Source: the human T2T-CHM13v2.0 reference genome, Homo sapiens
Length of the DNA stretch: 64,000 bases
Assembly (NCBI RefSeq): GCF_009914755.1
Contig: NC_060928.1
Reading direction: 5' to 3' (one strand)
The translations under genes were made by a program, and so were the position numbers. The notes under the pieces were generated by a model. The model was given only the letters and a program-made list of their open reading frames with translations. It did not search any database and had not been told where the DNA came from. Position 1 is the first letter of the stretch; the number at the start of each line of letters is the position of its first letter. Positions 57,201-64,000 of this stretch are shown here, one piece after another.

Positions 57201-57500
57201 TGACTGAAAGACACTTTCCTGAAAAGTTTCCAACTCTCCCCACTTTCCATACATAGGGACGCCATATATGTTTCAGGGCCCAGAGTTCAATGTCATCTTT
57301 TACAAGCTGTATCCCAACTCCTGGCCAAGTCAATTTCTTCCTGGGTTTTAGGAAACCCTGGGCATTTTGATTGCTTACTGTTTTCCCCTTCAGCTGGGAG
57401 CTCTGTGAGGGCAGGCAATGTGCCTTTTCTCTGTTTGTGCTCCAGAGTCAAGCACAGTGCCTCCTACAGAGCAGAAACGTGCTCAAGAGTACACCAATGG

Positions 57501-57917
<417 letters not shown>

Positions 57918-58260
57918 TTAAAGCAGCCTGTACTGACTCAACTCATTTTTTTGGTTAATCCAATTAAATAACCAGACAGAGAGCTGATTTAATATAAAAT
58001 GGGGAAGAAGGTGTTTACCTTGATACTTTAGCATCCTTTTTCTATACACCAACTCCACTGCTCCTCTCAATTTCCATGAGATCTTCACTGTCCTTGTGCT
58101 TTCTCTACCTGCTGTCATCCAAGTCTGCTTCTCTAGGAAACATCTGATTAAATCACTCGCACTAAGTATCAGAGTTTACCATAGCACCCCTTGCAGTTTT
58201 GTCATTGAACATGGAATAAAATGTATGTCAAAAGAACCAAGATCAGACACCAGTGGGCTG

Positions 58261-58287
58261 GCACACACGCGCGCGCGCGCGCGCACA

Positions 58288-58330
<43 letters not shown>
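58261..58330. repeat. Compound (CA)n-(CG)8-(CA)n alternating purine-pyrimidine tract
   Basis: Read directly: 70 nt of uninterrupted RY alternation. Confidence 0.95.
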
Positions 58331-58332
<2 letters not shown>

Positions 58333-58784
58333 CATCAAGAAGTTACTCAATTTGCCTCTTCAAATGTTGGCTCTGATGGGTGCAGATATGTCTTAAAATG
58401 AGGCTATATGAAATGCCTTTAAAATGATTGTTTCATTCCTGGTAGGAACAGAGCAAGACAAGGGATGCTATTTCCACTGAGAAGAGACTAATGTGCAGCT
58501 TTACAACTAAATATCAACCAACCAAAATCTTTTCCAGCATACTTTCTCCTCTGGAGTAGAGAATATGGTTAGCTGTTGAGATCAAAACTAGCATTCTTCC
58601 TGGTTTGCCCAGTATAAATCCTGGCTTATAATAGTAGACAAATAGCTAAGGTATCCCATGGTCATACTGTACAATCACAGATAAAACTTGTGTATGTATG
58701 AATATATATCTGTATAGATACAGGTATGATTATGGATATAGATACAGATATCTCATCTACTCTGTTAAATGAATAGAGTACCTA

Positions 58785-59020
58785 TGTTATATGGAAACAG
58801 TGAAGAGTACAGACTCTTACACCTGCTTTAGGTAAATCAAATCCCAGCTCTGTTAACTAATATGATTTTGGACTCTCTAAGGCTTAGCTTTCTTACCTGT
58901 AAAATTGAAAGAATAATTATTTCACCCATATAGCTGTGGTGAAGATTAAATGACATAATTCTAATAAAACGCCTAGTAGGGTTGGTGGCAAAAAGTAACC
59001 CTCAAATGGTTGCAATTATG
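58785..59020 (+). mobile_element. MIR
   Basis: gtgaagagtacagactc..caaatcccagctctg..ttcttacctgtaaaat..gtgaagattaaatgacataat. Confidence 0.8.
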
Positions 59021-62000
59021 AAGTATCTCCACAATAGTAATTATTATGTCTGCCAGAAGTTCTCACTGCAAAGGTGAGATGATGGTATTTTATAAGCTAG
59101 TACTTACCTCAATTTTTTATGAGCATATTGTACATACTCCTTGAGTCCACATAGCTCAAAGTAATTCATCTGTTTTACTTGTTTAAGAATTTGGGAAGGT
59201 AAATACTCGGACCAGATTTGCGTAATTAAATGAATTTCCAGAAAAATGAGAACATCAAACAGCAAGCAGGGTTTTAAATAGCGATTTTAAGACCATAAAT
59301 TCAATACTTATTCCTTATGCAAACCATCATGATATTGTCAAGCTTTTTTCTCTGTATTTTCAATTAATCCATATTTCCCTCCTCATATTCTTCCATTTTT
59401 CCCATTCTTTTCATTTTTATGCCTCGCTATCCTTATTTTTGTGTTCTAGATACTCTAGGATTTATAGCAAAAGCACCAGGTTCACATGTAGTTAAGGTTC
59501 TGCTAATGGATTATGCTAATAAAGAAATACACTCAAGCTTTAATCACCAAACTGTAGCTTGTACCTCAGAGCATCAAGGGCCACAAGAGAAGAAGTCCCA
59601 ATCAACAACTGATTTACAAGTTGGGAAGTCAGGAGGAAAGAGACCACACTAAATCTCTCTGCTTCATCCAAAAGAGGCCATGGGGTTTCTCTCTATTTCA
59701 TCTCATCTGATTTCTCACTTTCAGTGCTCAGGAATAGAGAGAGGATTTACTTGCCATGAGTTGTGATTAACACAAGTTAGCTTTGTTGAATGCCACCACC
59801 CTCATCCTGACGGATGGTGTACTAGTGTAGGATGGATATCAGATTGGAATGTGGATAAATTCTACAATGCTAACTGAGTCATAAATCTGTGTAAAAATAA
59901 AGGGAGAGCTAGGGAGGAAAATCAGTCTTCCCCTTACCACTCCCAGAGAAGGAGAGAAAAATGAAAACAGGAGAAAGAAATGCATGCTTTACACACAGCC
60001 CACCTTTTATTGGAGAGCCTTGCTCTGTATCCAAAGGCTTGGCAATTATTTGGCTATTACTTATCTTTAAACATCAGCTAAAGAGATCTAGCATTTTGGA
60101 AAGGTAATTATACCATAATGCAGATGGTAGTAATAACAATTACCCAAGATAAGCCCTTGCAATGATCTTTACAAAGCAAAGCAAAGCAAAAGTAGCACTG
60201 ACTCATGACGGACCTCCAGTGGAGAAGGCTGCAATGCAGTAGCCAGGCTGTCCCTGGAACAGTGACAGGCAGGTGCTATCCCTCTCATCCTCAGAGACAA
60301 GGCCAGGTGGAGGTTAAGCATTTCCTAAGTTTAAATAATTCTTGATGTAGGCACAATTCCTGACAGTCTTCATTTGATGGGAATCCTAGTCCATCTCAAA
60401 TGCTAAACAAAAAGGTTTCTTCCTTTGCCTTGTAAATACCAACTTTGGCCTCTATTCCTATATCTGAAACTGCCTGCCCCTTGAATTTATTTCTGTGAGG
60501 AAGGATTTATCCTACAACATGATAGTTGTTGAAACAGGGGGATCTAATTGCTTAGAAATCATTAATTGCTATAAATAGATGACTTCTGGGAGTCAATGAA
60601 CTATAAGCAGAAGAGACAGTGTGTTTGAATGTCATGCTTGAGCACTGGATATTTTTATGACTTGTCAGTGGTTCCATAAAAAACTTACACGGTGAAAGGT
60701 GCCTAGTCAACCTGTACTGATGGAAATTGCCAGTTAGAAATAGATTGTTCTTGTTTTAAACCTTGACCACCCTTCTAACAAATCAGGATGTGCATTTATG
60801 ATGCATTACTAAGGAAAGTTAGTATTAGCCACCCAAGAAGGGGGGATCAAGGAGGACAGTGAGGAACCACTATCTATCTGATCTTTGCTATTTTCCAGGG
60901 CATGAAATAACAACCTGTCATCTACCTTTTGCAGGTCATTTTTATCACATTGTGGGCCAAAATGAAATTTGACCTCCATTTTCCAGCTATGCCAGTGATG
61001 ATAAATTTAATACACACAGAGCAAATGATTGGAAGGCCCACAGAAAGTCAGATTAGAGTGGGATTATTCATTCCTGAATTTCCACAGAGGAAAAGGGCCT
61101 CTCTCTCTTTTGAACTTGCCTCATCTTCCTTCCTCCAGGTCCCACCTTGGTGCTCACACCTTGACAATCTGTCTTGAATAATTTAACATGCAAACTCCCA
61201 GCATTCCCTGTATGGCTAGGCCCTGTTGCTCCTAAGACTTAAAGAGGAAGGGAAATCATTTATCTGAATCATCCTATTCTGTGATCTGATCAGGGTCCAA
61301 CAAAGCAATAAATACACACCATAAATGTCTCTTTCAAAAAAATCCAGCAATAAAGAAAGGTGGTGCCACCTTGCAAAGGAGAAAGTGCCACAGAACCCAA
61401 CAATCCTGCATGGCTTCACCACAAGGAATGCAGAAGTCATCGAGCTGCCAGTTAACAGTTCCTTCTTCACAGACCTGATGAATTAGCTAACATCCCTTTT
61501 AGCTGTAGGGTTTGGTTTTGTGAGGAAAGCTTACCTTTACTTTTAGTTCACTTGCTAGAAAACATTGCTAGGTAGGAGACACTCGGACTTAAATTCACCC
61601 ATCACAAAGCATAAAGTACTCTGGGATCTCTTTGCAGCCTGAAACATCATTCTTAAAATTCTTGGTACCTGGTGAAATTCCAACTGTCCTCAAATTCTTA
61701 CTGCCCTCCTTCACTTCATACTTCTCAGTCTTACACAGACATACCAAAGCAAAGCAACTTTTGAAAGCAACTAGCTTCAGGGCTATCTAAGCATGTAAGC
61801 AAATCAGTTCTGACCAAAATGGTTGTAATTCAACACTGTCTCATGAAATACAAATGCCCATCAGATCTGCATAAATTGGAACCTCTAAATAACCAAAGTA
61901 TTTGCTTATATCTCTTTCAAGCATAATATGCATGCATGTATGCATTCATCTCAAACTACAGTTTTGCATCCTGCCTCTCCTCTGTTCAGATCCATCCAAT

Positions 62001-62298
62001 TCATTCATTCAGAATGAATTGTAAACTCCCTACCTTGGCTTACAGGGTCGCTGCTCCTACTTGGATCTCATCTCCAGTTTTCTCCCTTGTTCACCTCTGC
62101 TCCAGCTGTTTCTCCTAGCTGTTTCTCAAGCACATGCCCCCTCAGGGTCAGGGCTAGGGTTAGACTTGCTGTTCCTTCTCTCTGAGACACCTTTCCTCCA
62201 AGTGTCAACAAGCTTACTCTCTTTTCAGTCAGGTCCCCCGTTTAAAAAGTGCTTTCCTAACAAACCCTTTAGCAATTAGCAGCCCCTCCAGCATTCTC

Positions 62299-62675
62299 TG
62301 TCTTGGGTTGGGTTCCTCGAGCCTAAGGCCAGGACATGGAAGCAGGATGTTTATTTGAGTTGTGGTTCAGGGAAGCTGGAATAAGGGAATGGGGAAGGGA
62401 AGGTGGTATGAGAGAAAGCCAATAAAGGGCAGAAGCTGAGCTGGTGATCACTGTGGGCAATCAGAACCCAGCCTGTCTGCGAGAAGGGCTGGGGCACCTA
62501 CAGGCTGGTCCTGAAGAGCAGCAGCAGTATAAGCAGCTCCTTACTATGGAGAACACTCTGAGCAGAAAGTGCCAGAGATGAGAAGTTGTCCTAAGCAAAA
62601 GACATCTTCCTCAGCTGCAGCTGAAGTCAAGGTGGGCTGAAGGGACATAAGGCAGGACAGATCAGCATCTGTTGC
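62299..62675 (-). mobile_element. LTR16-like ERVL solo LTR, inserted in an L2
   Basis: tgtcttgggttgggttcctc..gcaggatgtttatttgag..agaaagccaataaaggg..cactgtgggcaa. L2 sequence on both flanks. Confidence 0.65.
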
Positions 62676-62889
62676 CCTCTCTGCCACCCTACTCTGCCTT
62701 CTTTCCCTGCTGTTTTTATCCCCTGGCAGGGTCTCTGTTGATTGGAAGAAGGATGTATACTGTCTGTCTCTTTTCTCTCCCCATTCCCACCCCATACATG
62801 TAAGCTCAAGAACAGAAAGTTAACAGACTGGTTCTCTGCTACATCCCCAACACTTAGAAGAGTACTTGGCAGGTTTTGTTGGATTAGCT

Positions 62890-63320
62890 TATTCATTTGT
62901 TTACTCATACATTTCCATAACAAACATTTTCTGAGCTGTACCTGGGCTAAATGCAAGGGGGTCAAACCTGAACTTGGTACATGTCATACCTGTCCTGGAG
63001 ACTATCACAGTCCAGTGATAGAAACAGCCACAGAAAATAATAATAATAATACGTGATAAGTGCAACAAATGAGATCTGTACAGAGAACTATGGGAGCAAG
63101 GGGAGGGAACCACAAATGACCCTGGGGAATCAGAGAGAGTGCCACAGAGGACATTTTAATTGAGACTTGGAGAATGAGTAGGAGTTTGCCGATCAAAGGC
63201 AAGAAAGGCATTCCTAGTAAAAGGAATGGCTTTAGCAATGGTAAGATGGCTACATGACAATACACAAATCTGGGGCATAAGGCACATTGGCAGGAGTTGA
63301 ACTTTGTAACAGCCATCACC
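62890..63320 (-). mobile_element. L2 remnant
   Basis: attcatttgtttactcat..aacaaacattttctgagc..aatcagagagagt..gaatgagtaggagtttgcc. Confidence 0.75.
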
Positions 63321-63344
63321 CACGAGAAATAAATTCCTACTCAA

Positions 63345-63900
63345 AAAACAAAAGTGTAAGGCTCTGATGATACCAAGTGTTAGTGAGAATATACAGAAGC
63401 GGTCATTCCCCTGCACTGCTGGTTGAGATTGTCAATTAGTATAGCCTTTTTGGAAGACAATTGATCAATATCTAGTAAAGTTGAAAATATAATTCTCCCA
63501 CAGTCAAGCCATTTCACTTCTAGGTTACATACCCAAGAGGAACACTGTTATCAGCAAAAGGTAGCATCTATGAGGACGTTGCTGACAGCACCATTAGTAA
63601 TTCAGAAAAACTGAGGGGAAAACCTACATATGCACCAACACGAGAATAGGAATCTATTAACAGACAATAAATAAATCATGGAATACTACAGAGTAGTTAA
63701 AATGGATAAACTAGATTTGCATTATCAACACAGAGAAATAGATTGAGATGATAAATAATATTAAAAATATAGATAAATAATAAATAATGAGAGAAGAGAG
63801 CAAGTCATAGAAGGGATGTATATACAGCATGATACCACTATGTCAATTTGAAAACTCACCAGACTCTAGACTGTGTAATACTATTACATAAAAAGTAAGA
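63345..63900 (+). mobile_element. L1ME-type 3' fragment
   Basis: ctgatgataccaagtgttagtgag..cactgctggt..atatctagtaaagttgaa..atttcacttctagg..ggaatactac..gtagttaaaatgga. Confidence 0.75.
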
Positions 63901-63905
63901 GTATA

Positions 63906-64000
63906 GGTCAGATACAGTGACTCATTTTGGGAGGCCAAGGCAGGTGGATCACTTGAGGTCAGGAGTCTGAGACCATCCTCGCCAACATGGTGAAACCCTG
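63906..64000 (+). mobile_element. Alu left arm (cut by the window end) with a small internal deletion
   Basis: ggtcagatacagtgactca|ttttgggaggccaaggcaggtggatcacttgaggtcaggag..aacatggtgaaaccctg. Confidence 0.9.

Overview
This is primate, almost certainly human, non-coding genomic DNA (intronic or intergenic). I recognise no protein-coding exon or RNA gene. The ORF track consists of Alu/L1/Tigger-derived frames and chance frames. The window is dense in old SINE/LINE relics (MIR, L2, L3). It holds about 14 Alus plus a FLAM monomer, several MaLR/ERVL solo LTRs, small DNA-transposon relics, a full-length decayed Tigger1 (29.1-31.9 kb) and several 3'-end L1 fragments, nearly all on the + strand, which hints at a host transcript on the - strand. 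The most notable item is a ~172-bp twin-primed (5'-inverted), essentially tail-less L1HS-Ta insertion with a perfect 15-bp TSD at 49.4-49.6 kb; it is human-specific and plausibly polymorphic. Also notable are a dispersed ~50-bp templated copy, several local duplications and hairpins, a (CG)8/(CA)n Z-DNA tract, and repeat-free AT-rich blocks that look like developmental enhancers (a perfect SOXE dimer palindrome; PBX-HOX/MEIS sites). I found no evidence of a novel multi-gene system. Repeat subfamily names come from recalled consensus sequences, not from a database search.
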